NCBI RefSeq assembly: GCF_009914755.1
Contig: NC_060932.1
Strand: one strand, 5' to 3'
DNA: 64,000 nucleotides
DNA from: the human T2T-CHM13v2.0 reference genome, Homo sapiens
Part shown: in pieces, positions 38,291 through 52,584 of the stretch
How positions within the stretch are numbered: the first letter of the stretch is position 1
Layout of the letters: each line of letters starts with the position of its first letter
The notes under the pieces: model-generated
Databases searched by the model: none
The model's input: the letters and a program-made list of their open reading frames with translations, nothing else
Told to the model about the DNA's origin: nothing
Translations under genes and position numbers: made by a program

Positions 38291-40785
38291 AATAAACGTT
38301 TACAAATATAAAGCGTATGTCAAATATATGGCATAATTCTGAATTATTGTTCCATAAATGGTAGCTGTTTCAATAACCAATGAGAAAAAGTAATTATGCT
38401 CCGAGTATTCATGGGCAAATAATGCACTGTGCATACTTTCATAATTTTTACTTAAACCTTATTAAACTTCACGGTTAAGTAAACTGAAATTTAAAAATTT
38501 TAATTAATCTCAAGTGAAAATGAACATTTCAATAAAAAACAAAAAAACTCAAAGGAAATACCAATTTCATAGGGAATAGAGATAACTCATGAACTTGAGA
38601 GTAAGAGGCGTTTAGTTGATATAAACCAAATAGCTAGTTGATAAACTATATTTACAGGTTCTAAAACTTAATGATTAATGCTATATTTAAATAATTTTGG
38701 AGTAGACCTATACATAGGAAAAGGAATATTTTTGCAAAATTCCCATCAATTGACAGAAAAATAATATAATTTCAATTATGTTAAATCTGGCTGCACATTC
38801 AATGCCTTGCCATCACTTTCTGGTTTTTTCAACCCTGGATCTTCAATTGAACCACAAAATTTTAAAAAAATGATTTGAGTAATATATCTCAATTATCCCA
38901 AGAATGATGCAGTTCTAGAAGTGTGGGAAAGAAATTAATTTATTACATACAATGCATGCCTTGGGGCGCTCAAGTTTAATTTTCTCAAGGTAACTTAGTT
39001 GAAAGACCATGCTCAGACCATTGAATCACAGTCTCTGGAAATATGATCCAGGCACCATGTGTTTGTTAATGTGTTTTTTGTTTGTTTGTTTTGGATTCAT
39101 GCAGGTTTTATAAGCTTTTCATATGGAAAATCACAGATTCATAGTATTTTTTTAAATATGACAGCTAACAGAAGAGATTAACAGATATAAAACAGAGATA
39201 AACAATTTGCCAAACTAGGAAATTGGAAATCTGATTCCACAGATGTCTATGAGGATAAGTCCTTAGTTATGAGGAGAAAATGATAGACAAAATAATTTAA
39301 TTCACAATTTTATTTAGAATCAGTATTAAATATAACAATCCTTTTGTCATGTTGATATTGTTGCACAATGAACTCCAAAATGTTCCTTTTCAGGAAACTA
39401 ACTGCTACAAAAAATTATGTCCAAAATGTTTGCAGCGCAGACATTTATTCAGTTACTTAATACGCATTTTTAAAGAGGCCTTATGCAGCAAGTGTTGCAA
39501 TTGTCTGAGTAGCATATGATCTTGTGGGACAAAATATAAGCAAAGAAAGACATAAAGAGAGAGACCTGATAATGTCCTGGGATATTCACATGGGCATTCT
39601 AATGCACAACTTGGCATAGATCTCAGGGCAGCAAGAAAGTTAAGGGTTCACCACTTCAATCAAAATGGGAAGGACTATCTAGCTGTCTGCTCTCTGTGAT
39701 AATCTAACGAAAGCCACTGATTTCTCACTAGAGAAAAGCAACTACATACTACATTTTGTGTGCTGTTTAGGGTTTCACTGAGTCATTCAAATCCATTCAT
39801 GGTTTTGCCCAAAAGAATCCTGCTATTTATTTTTTCCAGATAATAAATTACTCAGAATATTTGCATTGTTTCTGAAGTATCACTGTTATTTTAAGGTTGT
39901 TGGACATTTTGGATCACGTTCACTAGTTATCAGTATGAAAATTTAAGAACATAAACACACAGATCCCATTTTATGTAATCGAACATTTCTTAAGTATTCA
40001 TGTTTAGTTAGTGAAGGGAATGTTAAAGAATCCATTCTTCTTTAATAGTAATCGTATAACTTATTCTACAGGTTTTGAGAAAAGCATTTATTCTGAAGTA
40101 CCTATCTTTCTCAGAAGATCGTTTCAATTCATTTGTCAAACATTTACTGAGTGTCTTACATATATATTCCTGTGCTATGTGCTTATAATATTAACATTTA
40201 TAAAACATTAAACTTGCTTACATGAAACAACAGTTTATTTGCATGTGTATAGTGAGTATCACTTAAAATCAGAATTCGTTAAAAAGCTTCCACTTCCACC
40301 TAGGAGATTAGGAAGGTAGTCAAAAATATGGTAAATTTTGAAAGTGGGTAGTAATTTTTTCTTCATCATAGATTATGTAAAACTAGGAAAAGTATTAGAA
40401 ATAGGAGCAACTTCTTACATATAATGTATAGATATGCTGCAGTTTGGCAACTTTCGTATTTTATCATTTGGGTATCACTTACGAGTCAGATAAAGAACTA
40501 AATTTATTTAACACTTACTAATATGCCGGTTTATTTCCAAAACAATTTCCAAATAAATAAATAGCATCATTTTATTTATGAGGTAAAGGTTATTGACTCC
40601 AATTCCAGTTCTCTTTCCATTAAATCACGTTGATTCACAGAGGATTGTGGAAGGGCATGCTCAACCAGGAGCAATAAATAAATCTGTGTTTCCATGAAGC
40701 AGTGTTCAGACTGCTTTTAGAAGTAGGGTGGAAGGAGTGAGAAAATACAATCTGACTTTCTGCGTGTAAGTTGTGACTTACTCTT

Positions 40786-41397
40786 TGTATTTTTTCTATG
40801 CTCTGTAACAAATTACCACATGATGGCTTAAAAACATTAATCAATTAGCTCAAGTTGTATAAAGTCAGCAGTCCAGGCACAACATGACTGTGAACTCTGC
40901 TCAGCTTCCTTTAAGCCTGAAATCAAGGTGCCAGCAGGACTCGGTTTTTGTCTGCAGTCTCCTAGGAATAATCCACTTCCGAGTTAAATCAACTTATTGG
41001 CAAAATTCAGTTCCTTGTGGTTGTAAAACTGAGATCCCCATTTACTCGCTAGCTATCTACTGTGGATCACTCTCAGTTCACAGAGGATACTCTAGGATGC
41101 TTTCTACATGACACCTTCCATGTTCAAAGCCAACAGAGGAGAATTTTTTCTCTCCTGTCAAATGCTTCATGCATCTACTCCCTCTGACTTTGTCTTTGGC
41201 TCCAGAAGAAGCCTTGGAAGGGCACACCTCATTAAGTCACATTGACTAAAGGTAATCTCTCTTTATCAAAATCTACTGTGTCAAATAACAATCTCAGAAA
41301 GTGAAATCTATCACAGGCACAGATTCAGGGATTATGCAGGGTATGTACACCATGATATAGGGATCTTGGAAATCATATTAAAATTCTGCCTGTTACA
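40786..41397 (-). mobile_element. MLT1E-like MaLR solo LTR inserted in a MIR
   Basis: tgtatt...ctgtaacaaattaccac...gaaatcaaggtg...aattcagttccttgtggttgta...aattctgcctgttaca; TSD ctctt/ctcta. Confidence 0.82.
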
Positions 41398-41570
41398 CTC
41401 TATGACTTTGTACAAGTCATTTAACCTCTCAAAGTTAATTTCCCTGTAAATATAATGGGAATGTCTATTTAATCCGATGGTATGAGGATTACCAAGGGGT
41501 AATATATAAAGGCATTTAACTCATTATCTGGATCGTAATAAGTATCTAACAACTATTTAACAATTATTAT
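41398..41570 (+). mobile_element. MIR SINE
   Basis: tgactttgtacaagtcatttaacctctc...tgaggatta...taaaggcattta. Confidence 0.7.
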
Positions 41571-42789
41571 GTAAGTTTGAGTTTTTATAGGGCAAATTAA
41601 ACAATGAACAATGTAATATTTTAACAGTGAGAATCAGTGTAAGTATCTTAGTTACACATATTATTTTCTGAGTCAAAGAGAAAAAAGTTGATGCAAGTGG
41701 CAGTTTCAGTTAAAAAATCTGTAAGATTTAATTTTTCTTAGGATTTTCTAGGAATGAAGCTTCTTTATTGGAACTGGAAATAAATAATTTTAAAAAAGAC
41801 TTTCCACACCCACTTTAATCACTGCATTAATGCTCATGGGATTTTAGTTTAAATCTAATTCCATTCATTTTAATTCCTTATAAAACCAAAAGGTGTTCTA
41901 TCTATGGCATAATTGAACATATTCTTAATGAGAAAGCAGTAATCATTAAATTCACCATTTACACACTGGGAATGAATTGGATATTATTCTTTATCTTGTC
42001 TGCTAAACCAGGCTACTATTGCTGGCTTGGCTAGAATTGAGAAATTATGTGGTTGATTTCAAACAAGTCAGTGAAAAGTATGATTTATTAAAATGTCCAT
42101 ATGCTTGTTAAAAGCTTGGGAGGGAAGTTCACAGTAGAGAGTCTACTCTTTAAAAAGAGATAATTATTTTTATATGAATATGATGTATGGGTCCAGCTTT
42201 GGAATATTTGGACACAATAACAGATGCTTCAGCATAAAAATATGTTCCTCACACAAAAACATTTGCAATTTAATTACGTAGGATAGTGAAAAAATGATAT
42301 TATATATGTTGTAAATATTGGGAGGATAATTTCTTTCTAATATCAGATATTAATAGCTTTAAAAAATTAAACAGTTCTGAAAGGAGAATTTAAATCAGAA
42401 AGCAATTTTGTAAAGTAATTTGGAATTCTGCAACTGCTTTTTGACATTTTAGGTCATCAGTTTGTTACTTATGATATGGGAACAACATGTGAACTTATCT
42501 GCTTTACTTTTTTAATGTAGTTTTTTGGAGGGCTTATTAAGAAAACATCTACAGGGTTACTAAAATTGATTTGTCTGCTCAGAATAAAATTATTTATAAA
42601 TAAGAATTTGATTGCATATACATTTCTTTGTCAAATCAAATACCTTCCTGGAGAATTGGTTGCTATTTTACAAGATAGGTTTCAAAGGTTGAGTGCCCAG
42701 TAAAGATTTGAGGCCTAAGAAGGCCCATCTTTTCCCAAAGGTCCTGCTGGACTATCAGTGTAGCACCCATACTGGTCCCATAGCTCCTT

Positions 42790-42902
42790 AGACTTTAATT
42801 TTCTGCATTTTCAAATTAGTAATATATTAATGCTTGTGCATCCTTACTAGATATATGAGGATAAAAATGAGATAACAACTATAAAAAGGCTTTAAAAACT
42901 GT
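42790..42902 (+). mobile_element. MIR fragment
   Basis: tgaggataaaaatgagataac...aggctttaaaaactgt. Confidence 0.5.
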
Positions 42903-43552
42903 AGTTTGAAGAATTTAAAGACTGTGATATATTTTAAAACTAAACACTTAATACAAAAATATTGTCACTGCACACTTGGTGTTTCTTAAGAATACTAGAT
43001 TGGAACCAGACTCCATAGATAATGGGAACAACAGATGATTAAACTGCACTCTATCTTCAAATAGCTTTAACGTAACTGTAATGTAAATACCATAAATATT
43101 GGGTTTCCATCTTTTTTGTTTGTGTTTACCTTCAGCTTCCTTCCTTCCAGAATCAAATTATAATACATATAGGTGTTTTTTTTTAATATTTCCAAAAACT
43201 ATAATTGAGGGAAAATAACCAACTTAATTACATAAAATGTGAATGAAAATGTATTGCTTTGGAAAGCTATGGTCAAGCATTTCTGAGTCCAAAGAAAAGA
43301 AGCCCAATGCCAAAAAATTAACACTTTCTATTCTAATCTTCCTCTAATTCTTAGAAAACTTTGTGTGCCATGTGTCCCATTTGAAAGTTCAAACTATATA
43401 ATTACTTAACTTTTTACTAAAACAACCATATCTGCTTTCATAATGTAAACAGAAACAGTAGTTGTTACATAGAAGTAGTACTTACTTGTATCTTGTAAAA
43501 AACACAATTGTTTTCTCATTGGTGAAGATAAAACTTTTAAATAAATTAAAAT

Positions 43553-45322
43553 GAAACTATACTACAAAGCTACTGTAACCAAAACAGCATGGTACTGGTA
43601 CAAAAACAGACACATAGACCAATGGAACAGAATGAAGATCTCAGAAATAAGATAGCACATCTACACCATCTGATCTTCAATAAACCTAACAAAAGCAAGA
43701 AATGGGGAAAGGATTCCCTATTTAATAAATGATGCTAAAAGAACTGGCTAGCCATATGCAGAAAATTGAAACTGGATCCCTTCCTTACACCTTAGAGAAA
43801 TTAACTCAAGATGGATTCAAGACTTAAATGTAAAACCCTAAGCTATCAAAACCCTAGAAGAAAATCTAGGCAATACCATTTAGGACATAGGAATGGGAAA
43901 AGATTTAATGACAACAATGGCAAAAGCAATTGCAACAAAAGCCAAAATTGACACCTGATATGTAATTAAACTAAAGAACTTCTGCACAGCAAAAGAAACT
44001 ATCATGAGAGTGAACAGATAACCTACAGAATGGGAGAAAATTATTGCACTCTATCCATCTAACAAAGGTCTTATATCCTGAATCTACAGAGAACTTAAAA
44101 AAAAATTACACGAAAAAAAACAATTCCATTAAAAAGTGGACAAAGGATATGAACAGACACTTCTCAGAAGAAGACATTTATGTGGCCAACAAACATATGA
44201 AAAAAGCCCAACATCACTGATTATTAGCGAAATGCAAATCAAAACCACAATGAGATACCATCTCATGACAGTCAGAATGGTGATTATTAAAGTCAAGAAA
44301 CAACAGGTGCTGGCATGGCTGTGGAGAAATAGGAATGCTTTTACACTGTTTGTGAGAATGTAAATTAGTTCAACCATTGCAGAAGATAATGTGGTGATTC
44401 CTCAAAGACCTAGAACCAGAAACACCATTTGACCCTGCAATCCCATTATTGAGTATATGTCCAAAGGAATGGAAATCATTCGTGGTAAAGATATATGCAT
44501 GCATATGCTCACTGAAGCACTATTCACAATAGCAAAGTCATAGAATCAACCCAAATGCCCATTAATGATAGACTGGACAAGGAAAATATGGTACATACAC
44601 ACCATGGAATACTATGCAGCCATAAAAGGAACAAAATCATGTGCTTTGCAGGGACATGGATGGAGCTTGAAGCCATTATCCTAAGCAAACTAACACAGGA
44701 ACAGAAAACCAAACACCACATGATACGGTTTGAGTGTGTCCCCACCCAAATCTCATCTTGAATTCCCATATGTTGTGGGAGGGACCTGGTGGGCGGTGAT
44801 TTAATTGTGAGGGCGGGTCTTTCCTGTACTTTTCTCATAATAGTGGATGAGTCTTATGGTATCTGATGGTTTAAAAAAGAGAAGTTCCCCTACACAAGCT
44901 CTCTTCTCTTGTCTGCTGCCAAGTGAGACATGCCTTTCACCTTCCACCATGATTTTGAGGTGTCGCCAGCCACGTGGAACTGTAAGTCCATGAAAACCCT
45001 TTTTCTTCCCAGTCTCAGATATGTCTTTATCAGCAGCATGAAAACGGGCTAATACACCACATATTCTCACTTACAAGCGGGAGCTGAACAATGGGAACAC
45101 ATGGAGACAGGGAGAGGAACAACACACACTGGGGCCTATTGAGGCATGCAGGGGAGGGAGAGCATCAGGATAAATAGCTAATGCATGTGGTGCTTAATAC
45201 CTAGGTGATGGGTTGATAGGTGCAGCAAACCGTCATGGCACATGTTTACCTATGTAACAAATGTGCACGTCCTACACATTTATTCTGGAACTTAAAATTA
45301 AATTAATTTTAAAATAAAAAAG
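43553..45322 (+). mobile_element. 5'-truncated L1PA10-12-like LINE-1
   Basis: ORF2 3' part (gtaaccaaaacagcatggtactgg) through 3'UTR gggagagcatcaggataaatagctaatgc...ggaacttaaaat and an A-rich tail. Confidence 0.92.
44721..45056 (+). mobile_element. THE1(B)-like solo LTR nested in L1
   Basis: tgatacggtttg...gtccccacccaaatctcatcttgaatt...ctaataca; perfect TSD CCACA at 44716-44720 and 45057-45061. Confidence 0.95.
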
Positions 45323-46394
45323 AAGCAATACTTAAGATTAAAGCAGGATGATCAAGTGAGCTTAAAATGAGAAATTGGGGGTACCTTAGTCATAATTTAA
45401 TACAGAAATGACTTAAGGTCACTTTTAAGTATGGCAAGCAATATCCTTGACTTCAAGACCATACCATGTGAGTATCTTGATTTAAACAAGAATCTTTTAA
45501 TTTGGTGAACAAAATAGGTTTCTACAGTGTTAGTTCTTAATTAAATGGCCTGCAGAACAGATATGTACTGTCACTAGGCTGTCAGGCTTTTGGTTAAAGA
45601 GGAGATGGTATTTCATTAAATGCCTAAGATTAATCTCACCATCATGTTGCATCTAACGTTGAAGCTCTTATGCTAATTATTCCATTTAAGTTGACATGCC
45701 TATCAGACTACTTTGAAAATATGTGCAAGGAAAAGGAGATTAGTTTTTCCTGATTGGCTTTTTTGCTATTCAAAAATTGTCTTTCTTCTTCCTTATTTTG
45801 TTTAGGATATATTACTTGAATTTGTACTCCATGATATCCCTAAGGAAAACTGTCTATAAAATAAAGTTTGCCTTTAGTTCTCTTCTCCTTTTGTATGTGT
45901 CTTGCTTCTCCTTGGAAGACACAATAAGCACCATGTGCACTGCAGTCAGATGTACATGATTTACAGTATCTGCTTCTACCCTGTGCCTTTGCTTTTGGGC
46001 TTTTGCTTTAACCCTCTGAACCCTGATTTTATCATCTACTAAGGTTCATGACTTATAAAATTATTGAAAGAATGAAGTGTGACACTATATACATTTGGGA
46101 CAGTAAATGGTGATTAAGTGGCAGCTAACATAAGAAATCATCTTACGCTGCTCTTGTATTCCCATGCCCTTATTTGATTCCCTATCACTCAGATAAGTTT
46201 CTGTTTATAAACTTTTGTTAGTTCTCCTAATTTCAAGAACTTACTATGTAAGAAAAAACTCCCTAATTCTGCTTCAGAATAATAAACGGAAAAGGACTAA
46301 GAATGCTTTCCATATAATCCAACTGAAATGTAACAGCTGTTTTCTGGAGATAATTTTTCCATTTTGTGAGATAATAAAAATATATCAAAAACAT

Positions 46395-46585
46395 ATCGTT
46401 CATAATTTGCTTAGTGTGTGCCAAAGACCATGCCTAAGCCTTTAAGTACATTGTCTCATTCAACCCTAAAAATAATTCTTAGAGGTAAGTATCATTTTCC
46501 TACAGAGGCTAAGTAGATTTTCCCAAGCCACCTCACTGGTTAGTAGTGTATTCAGTATTTAAACTCAAGTTTTTAACACTCTGTA
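46395..46585 (-). mobile_element. MIR SINE
   Basis: tgtgccaa...ctaagccttta...tctcattcaaccct...acagaggctaagt...cccaag. Confidence 0.7.
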
Positions 46586-48043
46586 CCCCTAGAATAAAAG
46601 GTCAAAATGATGAAAATGAGAATCCTTGTAGGAATGAACTATTTTATGTGTCTACTTTGAGACAGACACAGCCTTTATAGACTTAAACTGTGGTCTGATT
46701 TCCAAAGTAGGCAAGATTATTTATACTTGGATTATCTATAACATTTTTCTTGTATTTAGCACTTATATATTTATTTTAATAGCAGGTCAAATTCATGACT
46801 TTAAAGTTAACACTACTGAAGGGTAGGCTAAGTAAAACAAAACCAAAAAGTATATAGAGTTGACATCAGCAACATGGTGGCATAGGAAGCCTTGACCCTC
46901 CCTCCACCTATGGACACACCTAATAAACATCTATTCATGGATCAGTTTTCCTCTGAAAGAAGTTTAAGAGACTAGTTGCAAGACTCCTACCCATCAGACA
47001 ACGGAGAAAACACTCACAATGCACAGCCTGGAATAGCTGAGGAGCATTCAGGCATCAACCTTACCCCAGGCACTGTGACATACAGTCAGGAAAGGGACTT
47101 CTAATACCCAATTTCTGCCTGTAAAGAGAAGAGTTTTGCCCTCACATACAGCATCCTAACCCTAAGCTTCCTTACAGTTTGGCTTTTAATTCATCAACTC
47201 TGGTAGTGAAAGGAATTAGACACACACAAGTCTCTCTGGACCACAACAAAAAAACAGCAGTTTGATATGGACTCTCCAGGGCTTCCCAGGGCCTCATCCC
47301 CTAGGAGCAGTAAAGAGAAGGGACTTAAAAGGCAGCTTCTGGTTCCTTCCCAGGAGGGTCTTATGACACACGCTTCCAGTGGTTGCTTAATGGTCTGGCT
47401 TCAAACTAACTTGCATCAGAGAGTTAAAGGTATAGACAAATATGAGCCCAGCCAGCAGCCTGAGAAGTAGATTGTACCTCTGAGCCTGATTTCACAGCTT
47501 GCCCCAGTGAAAACTTCAGGTCTGTTAATTCTTCTTGAAAGGAGTTTGTCCACACAGCAAGCACACTAACTTTTACCACTTCCACTTGAGTGACTGCATT
47601 TAAACATTCTAGCTCTGGGAGCAAAGGGAATAAAATAGATGCAAGTCTATCTAGATGACAGTAAAAGTGGCAGTTTTATATGGGTGTATAAGCACTAGCA
47701 GGGACTTATCCCCCAAGATCAGTGCTGAGAAAGGGCTTAAAAATGCAGCTCCCTGTTTGTTCCTGGAAGTGTTTTATGCCATGCATTAAGTGGCCCAACT
47801 TTTATAGCTGCCTCACAGAGGACTTCATCCTAAACCTCTTAGCTCTAGCAGCATAAAACACTAGGCAAATACAAGTCTTTTTACCTTTAAATAGAACACC
47901 GACATGGACTTAAACAGGTGTTCAAAATCTTTGAGGAGCTACACTCTCTTGGAGCAGTGCAGAAAGGGATGAGCGATGTGTACCTCCTGTTTTAACACCA
48001 GAATGGTACAACACAAACTCCTAGTGGCCACTTGATGGCCTGG

Positions 48044-48405
48044 TGTATTAGTTCATTCTCATATTGTTATAAAGAACTGCCTGAGACTGGGTAACTTATA
48101 AAGACAAGAGGTTTAATTGACTCACAGTTCCACACGGCTGGAGAGGCATCAGGAAACTTACAATCATGGTAGAAGGGGAAGCAGGCATGTCCTACATGGT
48201 GGCAGGTGAGAGAGAGCATGTGCGTAAGAGAAAATGTCAAACACTTCTAAAACCATGAGATCTCATGAGAACTTACTATCACAAGAACAGAATGGGGGAA
48301 ATGTCCCCCATGATCCAATTACCTCCTACCAGGTATCTCCCTAAACACCTCAGGATTACAATTCGAGATGAGATTTGGGTGAGAACACAAAGCCTAACCA
48401 TATCA
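48044..48405 (-). mobile_element. THE1D/MSTA-like solo LTR nested in the L1 5'UTR
   Basis: tgtattagttcattctc...gactcacagttcc...gagatttgggtg...accatatca; perfect TSD CCTGG. Confidence 0.93.
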
Positions 48406-50804
48406 CCTGGTTTCTGATGAATATGCATCAGGGAGCTAATGAGACAAACAATAGCCCTTCAGCAGCCATAGCCAGAGCTTGGCACTTTATGAACCTTTTT
48501 TTCTGGCTCACCTCACTGATAAATTTAGGCTTATCCATTATCCTGGAAGGAATTTGCCCATGCACCAAGTGTCACAACTATAGCTCCCAACCGAGGGACT
48601 ACCTCCTTAACAAATTAGTTCTGGAAGTCTATGGGGCTTTGCATTCCTGAGTGCCTTAGACCACAGAAAGCCAACAGGTGAATGTGTAATGGGCCTGCTG
48701 CTAGCAGATATTTCCCCAGGATTAAAGGGTGTAGCCTAAATGTGAGTACAGGCATTTGCAACAGGTCGTCTATCCAGCTTAACAGAGAGACAGTAGGAAA
48801 TAAACGCCCACATTTAACTTCATTGAGAGGATGGAAAAAACTAAAATGCACATCTGACAGTGCAATCTTTCCACCTATATCTAGAAAGCCTGGCTTTCTG
48901 GTCTCAGTATACTGATGGGATGTGTCACATCCTAAGTTCCAAGGGACAACCAAAACAGAGACAGCAGTCTGAACAAACATAAACACTTGAGAGACACCAT
49001 AAAATCTTTGGCCAGAAGGATTCCTGATATTCTTCTCATACATGAGGCCAAGCTGAAAAGACTGGGAAAGTTAGTTGTCTTATCTAATGTGCAGAAATCA
49101 ACACAGAGGGTCAAGCAAAAGAAAGAAACAGGGTAATATATTTCAAACAAAAGAAAAAATAAATCTTCAGAAACCAGTTTTAGTGAAGTAGTTGTTTGTG
49201 ATTTACCCAACAGAGAATTCAAAACAGTGGCCAGAAAGATGTTCACTGAGATCAAGAGAACAATACAAGAATAAACTGGGAACTTCAACAAGGAGATATA
49301 AAGTATAAACAAGAACAAAACATATACCATAGATCAGAAGAATATTATAACTGAACTGAAAATTTCAGTTGAGCGGTTCAACAGCAGACTAGATCAAGCA
49401 GAAAAAAAGGAGCAGTAAACTCAAAGACATCCAATTTGAGAAGCAAAAAGTAAAAAGAATAAAAATGAATAAAGATAACTTATGAGAGTTATTGCACACC
49501 ATCAAGCAGAGCAATTTATGAATTATCAGCATGTCAGAAGTAAAAGCAAAAGAGAGAATGGGACAGAAAACTGATTCAAATAATAATGTCAGAAAATCTC
49601 CTCACTCTCTGGAAGAAAGAAGAAAGCCAGATCCAGGAAGCACAGTAGACACAAAATAAGATGATTCCAAAGAGACCCACATCAATACACATCGTAATCA
49701 AATTATCAAAAGTTAAAAACAAAGAGAAAGCTTTGAAAGCAACAAGGGAAAAGTGAATCATTACATGTAAAGAAACCGTCATCAGTGAATTTCTCAGGAG
49801 AAAACTTGTAGGCCAAAAGCGAATATGATAATACATTTAAAATTCTGAAATTAAATAAAAACTGCAAAATAAAAATACTATACACAGAAATCTTGTCTTT
49901 TAGAACAAAGGGGTGATAAAAGCTTTCTCAGACAAATAGAAACAGAGTTTATTACCACTAGACCTGCCTTATAAGTAATGCTAAAGAGAGTTCTTTAAAC
50001 AGAAAGAAGATGCAAATTATTATGAAAACATATGAAAGTACAAAACTCACTGGTAAACGTACATTGTCAAATACAAAACACTCTAATACTGTAATTGCAG
50101 TGGGTAAATCAATTATATATCTAGTAAGATGGTTAAAAGGCAAAATGATTAAAAACAACCAAAGCTAAAATAATTTTTAATGGATACAAACCATAATACT
50201 CAATGTATGACAAAGAAAACATAAACTGTTTAAACATGGGTAGTCAAAAGTGAAGTTTGCATATGTGATTAAAATTAAGTTGTTCAAAACTCAAAGTTGC
50301 CTGTTATAAATAAAATATATTTTATATAATTCTCAGGGTAACCCCAAAGTGAAAGTCTATAGTAGATACACAAAAGATGAAAAGATCCCAAGCATACCAC
50401 TACAGAAAATTATCAAATCATAAAGTAAGAAAGCAGGATTATTAACCAACAAATTGAATAACTCAGAAGAAATGATTAAACTGCTATAAACATAGGACCT
50501 GCCAAGACTGAACCAAGAAGATACTGGAAATCTGAACAGACCAGTAATGAGTAAGGAGATTGAATTAGTAATTAAAATCTTTCATCACAGAAAAGTGTAA
50601 GTCTAAATGGCTATACTGCTGAACTCTAGAAAACATAAAAATACTAATCTTGCACAAACTTCTCCAAAGAATTCGGAAAGAATACATCAAAACTGATTTT
50701 AGGAGGCCAGCAACACCCTGATATCAAAGCCAGACCAAAAAAACCAAATCAAGCTACAGGCCAGTATTACTGAAGAAAATAGATGCAAACGTTCTAAAAA
50801 AATG

Positions 50805-51130
50805 CAGTTGAACCATAAGCAACATAAAGGTTGACTCACTGAACCTTGTGCAGTTGAAAATTTATGCCTAACTTTTGATTCCCCAAAAACTAAACTAATA
50901 GTCTACTGTTGACCAAAAGCCATAATATAAAGAGTTGATTGACACATTTTGTATGTGTATTGTATACTGTATACAATAAAGTAAGCTAGAGAAAATAAAG
51001 CATTATTTTTAAAAAATCATAAGGAAGAGAAAATATATTTACAGTTCACTAAGTGGAACTGGATCATCATGAAGATTTTCATCCTTGTCATCTTTATGTT
51101 AAGCAGGTTGAAAGGAGAAGAAAGAGGAGG
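50805..51130 (-). mobile_element. Tigger2a-like DNA transposon, one end deleted
   Basis: cagttgaacc TIR; aacttttgattcccc; caataaagtaagctagagaaa; tcataaggaagagaaaatatattta. Confidence 0.88.
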
Positions 51131-52530
51131 TGTTCAATGTATCCTCTATAAAAATTTTAATGTTATTTTGTACAGAAATAGAAAAAAAAATCCTAGTATT
51201 GGTATGAAAACCACAAAAGAACTCTAGTAAACTAATATTGACAAAACAAAACAAAACAACAACAACAACAAACAAAGCTGCAGGGAATACACCACTGGAT
51301 TTCAAAATATATTACAAAGTTATGGTAATGAAAACAACATAGTACTGGCATAAAAACAAGCACATGAGCCAATGGGATAGAACAGAGATCCAATAAATAA
51401 ATACATGCAACTATAAGCAATTGGCTTTGGACAGTAATGTCAAGAACATACAATGCAGGAAAGATAGTCTCTTTATTAAACGGCATTGGGAAAACTGGAT
51501 ATCTATATACAGAAGAATAAAAATGAATGCTTATCTCATCCCTTTTACAAGAATCAATTCAAAATTGATTAAAGACTTAAAACCTGAAACTGTAGAATTA
51601 CTAGAAGAAACAATAGAAGGAAATTTAATAACATTGGTCTGGGCACAGATTTCCTTGATATGACCCCCAAAATACAGGAAACAAAAGCAAAAAAAATTGA
51701 CAAATAAGATTACATCAAAGTAAAAAGCTTCTGCATAGCAAAGAAAACAACTAATAGAGTGAAGAGACAACCTAGAGATTGAGAGAAAATATTTCCTAAC
51801 CATACACTGGATAAGGGGCTAATATCCAAAATATACAAGGAGCTCCAACTACTCCATAACAGGAGAAAAAACCCCATTAAAAATAAGTAAATAAATTGGA
51901 TAGACATTTATCAGAAGACATACAAACAGCCAATTGATATGTTAGAAAATGCTTAACATTATTAATAATCAGAGAAATGTAGATTAAAACCACAATGACA
52001 TTTCACCTCACACCTGTTAGAATGCTATTATCAAAAAAAAAAAAAAAAAATGAAAGAGAACAAGTGTTGGTGAGGACATGAAGAAAAGAAAGCCCTTATA
52101 TACCATTGGTGGTATTCTACATTAGTATAGCTATTTTGAAAAATAAGATGCCAGTTTCTCAAAAAGCTAAAAATAGAATTACCATATAATGTAGCAATCC
52201 CAGTACTGCACCAAAACATACTGTATAATCTCACTTATATGTGGAATCTCAAAAAAGTTCAACTCATAGAAGTAGCAAGTAGAATGATGGCCACTGGGGA
52301 CAGGAGATAGGGTGGTGGGTGGTGATTAGGGGAGGCGGATAGAGAAAAGGAAACAATGGTCAGTTTCTACAAAGTTGCATTTTGATAGGAGGAATAAATC
52401 CTGGTGCTCTATTGCACAGCAAAGTGACTACAGTTAATAATAGAGTAACGTATATTTCAAAATAGCTAAGAGATGATTTTAGATGTCCTCACTACAAAGA
52501 AATGATAAATGTTTGAGGTTTGGATATGCT

Positions 52531-52584
52531 AATTACCCTGATTTGATGATTTCACAATTACCCTGATTTGATGATTTCACAATT
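52531..52584. repeat. perfect 25-bp tandem duplication inside the L1MA 3'UTR
   Basis: AATTACCCTGATTTGATGATTTCAC x2. Confidence 0.95.

Noticed and set aside
45292-45312. AT palindrome TTAAAATTAA-A-TTAATTTTAA
   Set aside because: Derived from the L1 tail; expected in AT-rich DNA
48615-49330. 142-aa and 132-aa minus-strand ORFs
   Set aside because: Antisense to A-rich L1 5'UTR/ORF1, which is commonly stop-poor; no recognisable domain
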